This document shows, in pieces, positions 11,223 through 25,658 of a stretch of DNA of 64,000 nucleotides. Below the pieces are notes generated by a model, which saw only the letters and a list, made by a program, of their open reading frames with translations, did no database searches and was not told the origin of the DNA. Both the position numbers and the translations under genes were made by a program. Positions within the stretch are counted from its first letter, which is position 1; each line of letters begins with the position of its first letter. Source of the stretch: Octopus vulgaris. Lineage: Eukaryota. Location of the stretch: contig OX597821.1 in NCBI GenBank assembly GCA_951406725.2, positions 100,316,001 through 100,380,000 of the forward strand. Direction: 5' to 3'.

Positions 11223-13702
11223 TTTTAGTTTCGTCGTCCACATGAATTTTAAGCCGAATTTTCCACAAAGAGAAATTTTTCAAACAGTTGAGGGTTTCTA
11301 CGTGATTGCTGCAAATAGCTGAGGTATTTTGAATGTTAGTATGCAATTTCTATCTCTTTCATTGACCATCGAGAAAGTAAAAAGCAAAAGAAAAAAATGG
11401 AAGAGATACAGAAGCAAGAAATTAGCAGTCCTTGTCTCAATCCTTTCCCGTTCTCCGGGGGAAAATGAGGCCATAAGCAGACACTCACGTCTGTCCACTT
11501 CTCTCGGGACAATGTAGTCGATAACGAGAAAAATGAACTTCAATTTTTATTCATTTCTAAATAACGAAAGACAAATTTGACTAGTGCGCATTTGAGAGAG
11601 CCGGAAATAATTATGCGGCGAATTCTATCCGACAAGCAAACTACTATGATAATAAGTAAGTCTGCGGAATGAGACGAGTGGTCACCTCAGATATGGCGCT
11701 GAGGTAATCTGGCACGGCTCACTGGATATTTCTTTTTTTTTTGGCACTGGAAGTGAACACACATGCGTGCACTTGTGCGCAGGAGTATACGTATACGGTT
11801 AGAAAAAGTGAAAAAGGTAGTGAGTGAGAGATACATTACACACACAGACAAACATAACTGGATGCTGATACGAATAAACAAGGAGAGAAGTAGGGGAGAA
11901 CGAAAGAAACATTAAAACGTCTGACGTCAAATAAGTCAGCTTCGGATCAGTGGCGCCAAACAAGCGGTGCCAAAACTGCTGTGCCAAAATATCCCATATC
12001 TGTTACCCTCTACCTACGTTAGAAAAGGGTTTTTTCTAATTGTTCACTTATTTTCTTAAACAAATAACACATGCATCTCTTATACCTCATTTCTCGCTTC
12101 CTTATTTGCTTCTTTTCCTCTGCATTTTTCTTCAAATTCTTTATTTCTCCCCTTCTTAATCCACCGTTTCGCGGTTATATTATTTCTTGTTACACACATA
12201 TATTTTCAAAATGTTATATGTACATATATCGACTTTAAGATCGAATCGCTAATGGAACTACTTTATTTTTCTATCGACGTACACTTCTTTTCTTACACAA
12301 TTTTCTTTCAAATCTTTTCTCTTGAGAATGTATTTCTATTTATTTTATTTTATTTCTGCTTCTACCTCTCTAACCATTCTCTTCGCTGTTTGTCGCGTGA
12401 CGGTTTCTGCACGCAACTCTTAAAACCATTTTCGGCATTATAGTTACAACATTGTCTTGCTGAAGGTGTCCAATACGTCATTTCTGTTCCTAGAGAACAA
12501 CACCGGTTTATTGAATGCGACTTAAGTAAAATCTATGGAAGACTCAACGGGAAATAATCGACAGCTGGAATGCAATTATTTAACACAGACAAGGATGTAT
12601 GTTTACGCATACACAATATTGAAGCCCGTTTAAGCATACGCAACCGTTAAGTAACGCCAGCACGCATACATACATATAATGATATATATAATATATGATA
12701 TAATGTAATATAATATAATATAAGGAGTTTTCGTCAGCTGAAGTAATGTAATAGGTATGTTCTATGAGTGCTCAGTTTGATTTACCACTAAAACCCCAGC
12801 TTGAACTGCAACTGAAAAATGTAGTGTTGCGACTGCCAATCGAAGGTGGATAGAGGTAGTTTCTCATTGAGCAGGTGGATATAGATTAAGATAAAAGCTG
12901 AAAAAAGCAAAATATTTCGCATCACTCGAAAGAAACATTTAATTTACATAAAGAATATAAACAGAGAGAATACCTTACATCTGTTTCTAGAATAGCCAAG
13001 CATATGGATCGTGATATTGTGTAAGGATTCCATAAGCTAGATATTCCATCATCAGGTAGGGAGAAGTAAGAAAAATATAAAAACGAAGAAATATCCCTAA
13101 TCGAGGATATTAGTATTTTCCAGTTTGTCAAAAATAAAGGAAGAATCGGATTGAAATAGATATGTTATACAGTTCCATGATCGATTGCAGAAATAATATA
13201 GTTATAAAGATGTAGGTAAGGTCCATCAGCAATTCCGAAGAAAAATGTCCGATAATCATCCTTAGCAAGGAATTGTAGAATTACCACTTCCATGATTGAA
13301 TGAAGACTGATTTAAGATTGAGCAGGAAATATTATACTAAAGATTGAGGGAAGACAGAAAGGCAGAAGCAGTAGAGTAGATATATACTAGTCTTTATAGT
13401 AAGGGCATATTTGTCGAAAGAGTTTGGGGAACATAGAGATATAGACAAATAAATAAGGGAAAAGAAATCGCTGATGGCTGATACTTTATCCTAATTCTGA
13501 CCACCAGCGTTGGACATAGTTCTTTGACGGGAAGAGTGGGAGGGAGTGGTTAGGATTGTGAACTTAGATGTAAAGGATACTGAAGTGGTGCCAAATATTT
13601 TGTATGTATGTATGATATATATATATCACCATGATAGATCGTTAGCGACTACACAGATTTTTTTCTCTCCCTGTTTCTCTCCTCGTTTTTTTTTCTCTGC
13701 TC

Positions 13703-13738
13703 CTTTCTGTAGAAGAGCGTAGGCTCGAAACGTAAAAG
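13703..13738 (+). ncRNA. Minimal type I hammerhead-like motif (A6U core variant) in a ~200-bp repeat (13630-13830) ending at (TA)n
   Basis: CUUU CUGUAGA A GAGC GUAG GCUC GAA ACGU A AAAG. Confidence 0.55.
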
Positions 13739-14071
13739 ACTTTTTATATTCACGAGCGTTCTACTAATACATCTGTTTGTTTTGTAAACCACCTGTCTTT
13801 GTCTTTTGTTTTTTCTTCGTAAACTCTCCCTATATATATATATATATATACGAATATAAACAAAAAGGGTAGTAATAATTAGTTACTACCAGGTGCCCAG
13901 TACAAAAGACGAATTAGTCATAAGACAAACTATTAATCATAAAGAAAAATATTATTCATGTTGTAATACAATTAAGGGCTCCTAAATTAGGATGCCGAGT
14001 ACTGGGAACACAAAAGGGAGATGAATTTATGTATGTATGTATGTATGTATGTGTGTCTGTATGTATGTATG

Positions 14072-14147
<76 letters not shown>

Positions 14148-14199
14148 CATACAGACACACACATACATACATACATACATACATACATACATACATACA

Positions 14200-14279
<80 letters not shown>

Positions 14280-15639
14280 AAATTAACAAATTACTTTCAA
14301 ACAGGCATTCACCCAACCAGGAAGATATACAAGTACTTACAAACGTCATAGTATACACGCAAGTATTTTGCACGCATGTGTGTATGCGCGTGCATATGTC
14401 TACATTTATCTATTTATATGTATGAGTAGGTGCACACAGACACGGGCAAACACTTTCGTTCTATGTATCTATGTGTGTGTGTGTTTGTGTGTGTGTATGT
14501 ACGTATGTACGTATGTATGTATGTATGTATGTATGTATGTATGTATGTATGTATGTATGTATGTATGTATGTATGTGTGAATAAGCTGTTCTGATCAATA
14601 TTCAGTTGACGTGAGAGGAAAATAGAGAAACTTAGTAAACAAATTAAACGTCACTCATATAGAGCATTCTATTTTTTTTTATTAAATAACACCTACTGAT
14701 ATTTTCTTGTCCTTTTTCAACGAAAAAATGTCTGATGATACATGTATACATACATACATACATACATACACACACACATATATATATTCATGCACACACA
14801 TACACACACATATATATATACATATACATATATATATTTATATATACATATATATTCACTAATATACACATACATTTATACATACATATATATTATATAT
14901 ATATATATTACATATATATATAAATTTCAGGTTTTGTGCTTATAGTAGAAAGGATTATTATCAATCGTGGTTGTTGTTATTGTTGTTGTTATTGTTGTGT
15001 ACCTATACTTTAGTTGTATCCCTATATTGCTATTTTTCGTATATTGATGGTGATCTTCCACCACCACTACCACTATCATCATCATCGTCATCATCACCCC
15101 CATAGCAATTTTTATTGCCATCTCACTTGCCATTATTATTTCCATAACAACAAAAACCACATCAGAAACAAAACCCATATCGATATATTCTCCATATACA
15201 GAGAAATTGTCAGATTGCACTATTTATTTTCATATTCATTTATACCTGCTCATTATCTACGTTATCCATAGTTTATAACCATTCATTTTTTGTAATCAAT
15301 TAAATCTCAATTTGGAGATTTTTCTTTTCTAATCCATAATCAGTGACATATGTAAACTGGTAGCATCCTTAAAGAGGTCTATTAATTACTGATATCAGAG
15401 GAGGTGTGTTTTGGTGTTCCTGTCTCTCCTGATGATATGAGTAATTCGTACCCGGTGAAACAGCTGTTAAGCTGTATCGACGAAGTAACGCTCTACTACA
15501 GGTGTGTCAAATGTATGACATGCAGCCATTTATAGACGAGGACCCAACTCAGATGAAATTTATAGAAAACCAAAAGACGTAGACAGGTGTATGAACTCCG
15601 ATAGCGTATTAGTTTGATACTCGGGAAAAATGAAAAAGT

Positions 15640-15675
15640 CTTTTATGTTTCGAACGTACGCTCTTCAACAGAAAA
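15640..15675 (-). ncRNA. Minimal hammerhead-like motif, same family as 13703
   Basis: Reverse strand UUUU CUGUUGA A GAGC GUAC GUUC GAA ACAU A AAAG; flanks 15555-15730 resemble 13630-13830. Confidence 0.45.
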
Positions 15676-16164
15676 GGATAAGAGAAAATAGACAGAGAAT
15701 GAAAAAAACTTGTAGATTTCAGCGGTCTAGCATGTTATATATTTATAGGTATGTCTATGCATATATACATACATATAGGCATGTAAAACTGCATAAATAT
15801 TCTTATATATATATATAAGCATACAAATAAGGGTGGGGTATATATGTGTGTATTACGTTTTGTTTATCCCCTACAGATTGAGAAACTGTGTTGTTTTGTT
15901 TCCATCTGCGGAACTTAGAGGTTCAGCCAATGAGCTCTCCTGAATAAATATCACTCTTTAGAAAATACGTACTGGGACGTGGTGGCGATTGTTTTGGCCT
16001 AAACCCTAAACCAAGGGGAAGGCCAACATGGCCGCAATCCAATGACTTAAACAAATAAACGAATAAAACAATAGTTAACTGTTGTAACCAGAAAAAAAGA
16101 ATGAGACATCAGATTCAATTTTTCGCATTTACGGCTCTTGCTCTTTAAAATCTTTTTTTTTTTC

Positions 16165-16585
16165 TGCCTTTAACCCTCCAACGCGGAGTATAGGCCACTT
16201 ATAATTGAATTCCATGTCGCATAATTTTTCGCTTCTTCATTTATTGCCTTGAATGTTCCCCTTTCCCTAGTCCCTTTTGTGTTGATCTACGCCACGAGCT
16301 CTTAGGCCAACCTTTCTTTCTATATCCATTCGGATTCCACTGTAAAGCACTTTTCGCTACATTTGGTGTGTCTTTTCTAATTGTGCTACCAATCCACTTC
16401 CACATTTTCTTAAATATTTGCTCCCTAATCGAAACTCGATTTTATTCTTTGCCATAGCTCCATTTTGCTTATGTGTTCGGGTCATCTAATTTTAAGTATG
16501 CTACGCAAGCATCTGTTGATGAATGATTGTATTTGCTTATTTGACTTAACTGTTGTTCGCCATGTCTCAGCCCCATACAATAACA
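16165..16585 (-). pseudogene. Degenerate RTE-clade LINE 3' fragment
   Basis: Reverse translation VLLYGAETWRTT..FINRCLRSILKIR*P..WKWIG..ALQWNP..PKSSWRR. Confidence 0.7.
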
Positions 16586-17045
16586 CCGCTTTAAAATCTA
16601 TTATTTTTATAAAAAATTCAGTCTTACACTGTCGCTTGCCTTCATATTGTTTTCTCTTTTACCTGTATCAAGCATTGAAATGTGGCCAACCCGAAGTATT
16701 ACCTTTATGTCTTTAGTTAATCAAATATATTTGATGTATTTCTTTTTAACGAACTTCAAATTTAAGACGATGTAAACAAAGCATATGAACTGTCAAGCGG
16801 TGTGAGACAAACGCCAGCAGGCACACGTCATAGACACCCGTATACACACGCACACATTCAGATACACATGCGGACGTATATATATGTATATATGTGTGTG
16901 TGTGTTTCTTTTATGTTCAATTATAATAAAAACAAGTTTACATTAATCTGATTGGTTAATCTAAAATTTCGTAGAGAACAAATTTATTATTCTTAAACAA
17001 GAATATTATTGACAGTGACTTCGAAGATTTTAAGCCATTCTTGTC

Positions 17046-17083
<38 letters not shown>

Positions 17084-18277
17084 ATGTCTGCTGGAACGGA
17101 GCTGATCTGAGATTAAACAACAGTACGAACAACCGAGGAAGAGTCAACAATGAAGCGTCATCGTGGTCGCTCGCCTTGCCACAAGTCGCAGCCAAATCCC
17201 TCGTCAAATCACTCGCTACACTCTTACGGGGAAATGATGCTCTGGATTGCACGATGTTGCAAAAAAAAGCTCTTTGCTATTTGAATATGATAAATATAAT
17301 AAAAAAATGTTTTCCCCAGCTGGAAGTCCTTGGATTAAAGGTCTGATTAATCAGGATTGACCTGCGGCTCAAGATCCAATAGCATTTTTTATCGCTTGAT
17401 TTTTATCCCGGATTTGTTCTGTAACGCCACAGTTGAACACTCACGAACCACTGTGTTATTAATTAAAACATTAAGTGTGAACAGCATTATAGCTTTTTTA
17501 TAGTTAGCTGGTCGCTTGATTCATTCAATTTTTTTCACGGAGAAAAGGTTACTTTGACCTTCTCATGATCCGATGAACAGAAATCTAAATTCAACAACGT
17601 CTTGTCGATTTCTAAGTTATGTTGGAAGAGGAAAAGAAATTTGGTTTGACATTAGTGTTAGACGAAGAGATCAAGAAAACGAATACGATGAAATATTAAA
17701 AAAAAAAACTAATGATATTAACAACACTAATGAAGATGAAACCCAGATTACAATCTGTTAATGAATATTAAACAGTGGTTCACATTAAATACCTTGCAGA
17801 TATTAAGTATTGAAACCGCGATTTTGAATTCATTATTTTATCGATTAAGTCATGCCGACAGCATTTCATTGGTATTGTCGTCACAAGATAGGATAATGTG
17901 TTATCAACAGTTAGGAGTCAAGCTAACTCCATTATTCAAAACGAATCAGATATCACACTTGAAGCAATAATTAAAAATGTCTAGAAAGTGTTACCCGTTA
18001 TTCGTTTAGATCATTAGATCATCAAGCGTTAATGGCTTAGGTCATCAGATCTGTTAATGATTTTAACAAAGAAATAAATAAATAGATAGATAGATAAAAT
18101 AAAGCAAGAAAGAAAGAAAATGTGGTAAATTGAAAAATCTCTTTGCAGTAGCAACAATGAAATCTTCGCTTTCATTTGGCTTGGCTTGATGAATTTTTAG
18201 TCGGAATATATTTTCTTTTTGCCCAAACCAAAACAGATTCATTCGGAGCACAGTATAAGAAAATTTACTCTGAAATC

Positions 18278-18480
18278 TTGGTACAAGGCCAGCAATTTCG
18301 AGTGGTGGGGTGAGTCAAGTACATCGGCCCTGGTGCTCAAGTTGCATTTATTTTATCGACCCCGAAAGGGGAAAGGCGAAGTTAACCTCGGCGCAATTTG
18401 AACTCAAATCATAAAGACGGACAAAATGCCGCTAAGCATTTTACCCCGCGTGCTAACAATTGTGCCTGCTCGCTGCCTCC
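18278..18480 (-). mobile_element. SINE S2
   Basis: Reverse complement of S2 head, core and tail. Confidence 0.75.
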
Positions 18481-19053
18481 GGTGTAAGAAATTATAAGGC
18501 TACAAACTAGGCATCATAAGTAACCATAATACAATTCTTTAACTCCACATCGAATGTACCTTCATTTCCTTAAGACGAGTCGAGAGAATGCCTGAACGCG
18601 GTTGCTCCATCTTCTAGTAATAGCACCCAAATTTCTCTCAAGTTATGCGCGATCATTTTACGTAATGCTAGATAATGCAGTCTAGGTTGGAGTCAGAAAA
18701 ACGACAGGATGGTCTCGGTTGGAATACACTCGACCATAGTTCTACTAAATTAAAACGGAAGGACGCATCTAATAATGCAACCCTGGGTACGCAGTCTACG
18801 AAAAAAGACAAGCTGAAAGCTTTTAATCAGAGATGACCTCAGGCTATACATCCACAACGACAACAACTGTTCTAAGAAACCGAGATAGCAAGCTTGATTT
18901 AGTGTCCTAATGCGGCCGACTCGTATCACGTGAACAAACACGTTTTATCTAGATCAGGAAGGTCGCACCTCTTTAAGGTGGGGTATGAATAAGTTTTAGG
19001 ATGAGGATATGCAAGATTTAACAAGTGTGTGTGCATCTACACGTGCGTATATG

Positions 19054-19092
<39 letters not shown>

Positions 19093-19967
19093 GTGTGTGC
19101 GAGTGTGTTACTCTTGTATTTTTGTTAAATTTTGAACTATCAATACATATTTTTATTACATTATTTTATGGAGGTGGATATTGACTATTAATCGGGGTTC
19201 TATAAATTATCCAACAGTCGGAGACAACTCCTCCTTTTACGATTTATATCAAAGAAAGTAATGTGGTTTGTAATCAGTAAATTGTGGATTTCTGTGGTAG
19301 TACAAGAACAGCAGCGATTTTACGCAACACCTCGTTCCGACGTCTTTTCGGGTTACTGATTTTTCCGAACCAAGGGTGGTCACCATAGGCGACACGCCGT
19401 AAATTAAACAATTATTAAATGTACTTAAAAGAATAAATGAAATGCTGGTATACTGGTACTTATATATTCGCGTAAAATTAGTAGTGCAAATTCGTACTGA
19501 TTATAAAATGTTCCTGATAGTCAGAGTCCGGAAAATCGGTATTATACTTGTATCGACATGCTTTAGGACTCGGTTGTTACCAAGCAACAAGTGTCCTGTT
19601 ATTCATGTACAGGATAGATCAAAATATAACAACGTTGTTACACTTTAGCAACAAGAGATTCTTAGAAGCTACGAGGAAATGGTAAGTGAACTCAGCAGGA
19701 TCAGTTTTTAAGAGTACCAACTCTGGAGTACCCTCAGAAATTAACGTTCTCCTTGTGTTTAACTATAACCCAGTTTTATGATACGAGTCTTGCTTTCTAC
19801 TCAGTTAACTCCAATAATTTGTTCTAGATCTATTTCCTGTTAATACAGAGGGCTTGATCTGTTTCTCATGCAAACTGTAGACCCGGGATTTAATTGTCAG
19901 TTCCAATAAAACAACAACTTTGAAGCATAATCTTATAGAATAGGATATGTAAGTTGCGACATAATAT

Positions 19968-20080
<113 letters not shown>

Positions 20081-20310
20081 GTATGTATATAATTTAGAGA
20101 AAACCCCACTATTTAACAATTCACGTTTAAATTGTTAGTTAATGAAATTCCTTTGGCAAGAAAAGTTATATTTTTGTTTTAAGAAATATTGTCAAATGTT
20201 TTTCGATTATTTATATTTAATACATGCATTTTTTCATATATTTATTTGATAATTAGTATAAGTTAAGATAAGTACATTTATTCTATTATTTTTTATTATT
20301 GATTATCTTA

Positions 20311-20428
20311 GACCTGATGAGCGACTATATTTTTAAATAGAATTAATTTTAGCTCGATTTAATTTTGAATCGAATTGCTTTTATTATTATTATCTATTTG
20401 AAAATATAACCCTGAAACGTGCGTAGTT
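20311..20428 (+). ncRNA. Type I hammerhead-like motif with long AU-rich stem II
   Basis: GAC CUGAUGA ...[UAUAUUUUUAAAUAGA pairs UCUAUUUGAAAAUAUA]... GAA AC GUGC GU A GUU. Confidence 0.5.
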
Positions 20429-20596
20429 TTTTACTACTGTTTACTATTTATTGTACTTTATTGAATTTAAAAAAGTTTTTTTTTATAGTATATGTTTTCT
20501 ATGTGGTGTGAATAGCATCTTTCTTTATTGAATTGTTTGATAGTGATTTTTACTCTAAATTATATACATATAATATATATTGTGAAATTTGATTTA

Positions 20597-20648
20597 AAAT
20601 TGTTAAATTGAATTTTTCCCTGTAAGTTTTGGAATTATATTCCCTATT

Positions 20649-20701
<53 letters not shown>

Positions 20702-20757
20702 GTATAATAGGGAATATGATTCCAAAACTTACAGGGAAAAATTCAATTTAACAATTT
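20597..20757. repeat. Inverted repeat (~57-bp arms) centred on (AT)n
   Basis: AAATTGTTAAATTGAATTTTTCCCTGTAAGTTTTGGAAT.. mirrored by ..ATTCCAAAACTTACAGGGAAAAATTCAATTTAACAATTT. Confidence 0.85.
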
Positions 20758-20801
20758 AACAATATATATATATCAATTTAACAATATATATATATCAATT
20801 T

Positions 20802-20867
<66 letters not shown>

Positions 20868-21254
20868 TTGTAATTCATTTATGGCAAATGCCTTCGAGTC
20901 CGCTCGTAATGCAGAATACCTGCCGAAAATACATGTTCAATAATGACATTTCTGAAGAACCAAGGATATCATAAATCATATTTAAAAATATCTTATAGAT
21001 GTGAAAATGTAGTCACAAATAAACGCGTATCATGCAGAAACATATGTATCAATCCAGTAATAGAATATATAAATTTCCATAGAAAAGTTTCTCGTTATTA
21101 ATGTATGCATGTATTGACAATCAAGATGCAGAAATGCACTCCAAATGAATAAGGTGATGTAATCCGATGGTAAAGAGATTTCTGTGAATTAGGTCCTCCA
21201 AAGCCAGTAGGGAGAACGGGGGTTCGTGTGACCGTACGGTAAAATAGTTAATCA

Positions 21255-21580
21255 AAGAAACGGAGAAAAAAGGCAGCAAGAAAAAAACAAACAACACCTG
21301 GTACATGCAAAATATTAATAAGACGCTCAGAGGAGGAAAGAAAGGGTGGATGTTTTACGTTTCAAGCAATGCTCTTATTCGGAAGCAGGAAACATGGGTC
21401 CAAAAGAAAAGAAAGGGAAAAATCCACCTTCTTCCTTTTCATTTGGACTTTCCTATGACTCCAGTCTCCGAACAAGAGGTTTGCTTTCTTTCCTTCTTTC
21501 CTCCTCTGGGCGTCTTATTAATATTTTGCATGTACCACGAGCTCGCGTTGCTATTTTTCCTTTTCTTTTTTCTCCGATTT
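21255..21580. repeat. Inverted pair of hammerhead-family repeats
   Basis: 21299-21342 is the reverse complement of 21494-21537 (one mismatch); degenerate hammerhead motif on the minus strand at 21352-21385. Confidence 0.75.
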
Positions 21581-21693
21581 AAAAGAAAAAAATAATTATG
21601 TATGTATATATGTATGTATATATATGTGTGTATTTGTGTGTGTGTATAGATGCAGATGTAGAAAAACAGAGAGACGGATAAACAGACAGATAG

Positions 21694-21746
<53 letters not shown>

Positions 21747-21911
21747 GATAGTTCGAATTTACGCCAAGTACTTATCTTCTGGGCCTTATAAAAGATGGAA
21801 GCTGAGGATGTAAGTTAATTCATTCAAAATCGCTGAATATTATCTGCGCATTATAAGTATATTTAGTTCTAACGACTGATTATTGGTCTTGCCATGGGAA
21901 AACGAAAGTAG

Positions 21912-21948
<37 letters not shown>

Positions 21949-22209
21949 GTATCCGTGTATGTTTGTATATATGTAAGTATGTTTCTATAATATGTATGTA
22001 TTGTTGACATTGTCGTTGTTAATTAATTATTTTCTTTTTTGTTTCCGAATTCTACTATATTTCATATTTTGAAACCAGAAAATAAATATTCTTAGTAATT
22101 AGTCGAAAAAGATAAATAGCAATGTAATATAGTATTTATAATGTAAAATATATTAATACAATGCATAACATACTATAATATACATGATTACACACACACA
22201 CAGATACAT

Positions 22210-22240
<31 letters not shown>

Positions 22241-22597
22241 CTCACACATTCTTATATACGCACTTACATATATAGTGTATATTATATGATATTGATATAT
22301 GCATACATATACACACACATAGATATTTGTATCATAAATATATTTTGTATTATAGATATTATATAACATTTCTAATTGTCTGCTTCGAATAATTGGTAAG
22401 AATATTCCATTCCTGCCTTCAAAGTACGAATTATTACTACAATTCTAAAGCAAGTAGACATAATGACAATATAGCCATCAATCCTGCTAAATATATATAT
22501 ATATATATATATACATGTTTGTGTGAGTGTGTGTATGTGTGTGTGTATGTAAGCATATATGAGTGCTTATTTGTATGTGTGTTTGTGTGTACATACT

Positions 22598-22628
<31 letters not shown>

Positions 22629-23584
22629 GTATATGTATATGTAATTATGTAATTATATACATAAATACATACACACTGATATGTTCATTAATGTATTTGT
22701 ATGCATACATACATACAAACATACATACAAACATACATACATACGTACATATATATCCACACACACACACACACATACACACACATGCGCACACACACAC
22801 ACACACACACATACATACACACACACACACACACATACACATATGTATATATATATATATATATATACATACATTCATATATATACACTTTTAATTTATA
22901 GGGAGAGAGTAACATCGAAAGACAGAATAGACAGAGAAAGAATGAGAAAGAGAGGCAGAAAGAATGAGACAGTGAGAGAGAGAGAGAGAGAGAGAAGTAG
23001 CTCTTGCGTTCCTGTATGCAATAATCTTCTATTCATAGACAGGTAAAGACTTAAAGATGAAAAGAATTGAGAGAGGAAAACAAAATATTCAAAAAGAAGA
23101 AAAATCCATCCAAAATGTTTGAAGATTAGAATATCATCTTTAGCAAATGAATACTTGCTGAAGTTGAACACTGTGGTAATATGTAATGCTAACATTACAG
23201 TATGTTCCAACCTATCCTACATATCTTACTGTGTATAGTTCAGGCATAGACAATGCATGTTTCTCGCTCCCTCTCTCTCTCTATCTATCTCTATCTCTCT
23301 CGTTCTCGCTTTCTATCAATCTATCTATCTCTTTATATATATGTACGTATTTTGATCTCGCTCTGTGTGTGTTTGTGTATGCGCATGTGTGTGTGTGTGT
23401 GTGTGTGAGTGAGTGTCTGGTGCGGATTTTGATCTCTCTGCCTATCTATTAATCTATGTCTCTCAATCTGCCTGTCTAACTATATCTGCCTGCTTCTCTT
23501 TCTCTCTCTCTCTCGTCCTCTTTCTACATATATATCTCTATCTATCTGTCTGCGTGTCTGTCTGTCAGGTAGCTAACTAACTAG

Positions 23585-23589
23585 TTAGT

Positions 23590-23657
<68 letters not shown>

Positions 23658-23678
23658 CAGATAGACAGATAGACAGAC

Positions 23679-23737
<59 letters not shown>

Positions 23738-23756
23738 CAGACAGACGGACAGATAT

Positions 23757-23789
<33 letters not shown>

Positions 23790-23794
23790 CAGAC

Positions 23795-23869
<75 letters not shown>

Positions 23870-23882
23870 TAGATAGATAGAT
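23585..23882. repeat. (GATA/GACA)n microsatellite
   Basis: Direct. Confidence 0.95.
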
Positions 23883-24371
23883 GAATGCAGATATTTTCGT
23901 TTATACTTATCTTCAATTAGTTTAGTATTTCAATTAGACAACATATAACGATGACAGATAATTATAGACGCTGTTTGGTCTCGTGACAAAATAATCGAAT
24001 AATTTTTCTTAAAGGATATCTTACCTACCGACTCTAATATATATTTAGAAAACATTTCATGTAATATTGACGTTAAAATGGTACAGTTTATCTTTTGACT
24101 CACCGTCTGTTGTTTTTTTCTTGATTAAATAAACGCCAGTTATAACATAAATCGATAAAATCCAGCTACTAAACTTGTTTTTCTTTGCAGAATGAGATTT
24201 GTACCTTATCAAAAACATTTTATTTTTGGTAAGAGTGTTTGATACGCAACAATCCTTTGTGTATGTTTTTTTTGTCTTTTACTGGACTCTGGCGTCTAAT
24301 TATATTGTTATATTTGGGGATGGTCATATTTTTACCAATTAAACACAGGTACTACATAACATTCAGCGTTG

Positions 24372-24435
<64 letters not shown>

Positions 24436-24476
24436 CATTAATTTATTATCATTATTATTATTATCACCATTCTCAT

Positions 24477-25020
<544 letters not shown>

Positions 25021-25024
25021 CATT

Positions 25025-25554
25025 GAGTGAGAGAGCAGTGCATGCCATCAAAGTGACACTGGGGTACAACTATACGAGGCCCAGTATACCCGTCTGATAA
25101 TGGTACACTAGGTACATGCATCACAACCATATGTGCGCAACATGGTGATCCCATATCAAGATAAACAGCAGAAGACCTTGCAGGTGGTGCCCAGTTAGAA
25201 TTTTCTTCTGGTTGAGTAACCCATCCCGCTCAAAAGGTCCCTGAATAAGGGTTGTTTAAGGATGTTGAACGAAACACCCATGTTTCCAAAGGTGAATTAT
25301 TCAAGCCCCAAAGAATCGCTCTCAACATATGGCTATGATGCACCCCCACTACCTCTGCTCATGATCAGAGATACACATATTGTTAGCTACTAAGGGACAT
25401 GCTCAACTAGTTGAGGCCAAACAACTGACAAGCAAATCTGTGATATTGAGCAGGATATTTGCTGTAGCCCATCTTTTATACCAAGACAAAACAATGTACA
25501 TGAAAACACATCCAATCAGTTAAGACCAGAAGCCACGAGAGTTACTGTCTGGTA
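25025..25554 (-). mobile_element. ~557-bp (TAA)n-inserted element, copy 3
   Basis: Reverse complement of copy 1, more diverged, with a small internal deletion. Confidence 0.85.
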
Positions 25555-25557
25555 ATT

Positions 25558-25658
<101 letters not shown>

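Noticed and set aside
11950-12000. Three ~15-bp-spaced GYGCCAAA motifs, like a DNA-transposon subterminal array
   Set aside because: No clear matching opposite terminus or TSD found.
12880-13590. Possible very old LINE RT remnant on the minus strand
   Set aside because: Only vague motif spacing; not supportable without an HMM search.
17041-17346. 101-aa ORF with a non-repetitive middle
   Set aside because: Starts in (TG)n and resembles an old dispersed repeat (related blocks near 18600, 25980, 59990); no domain recognised.
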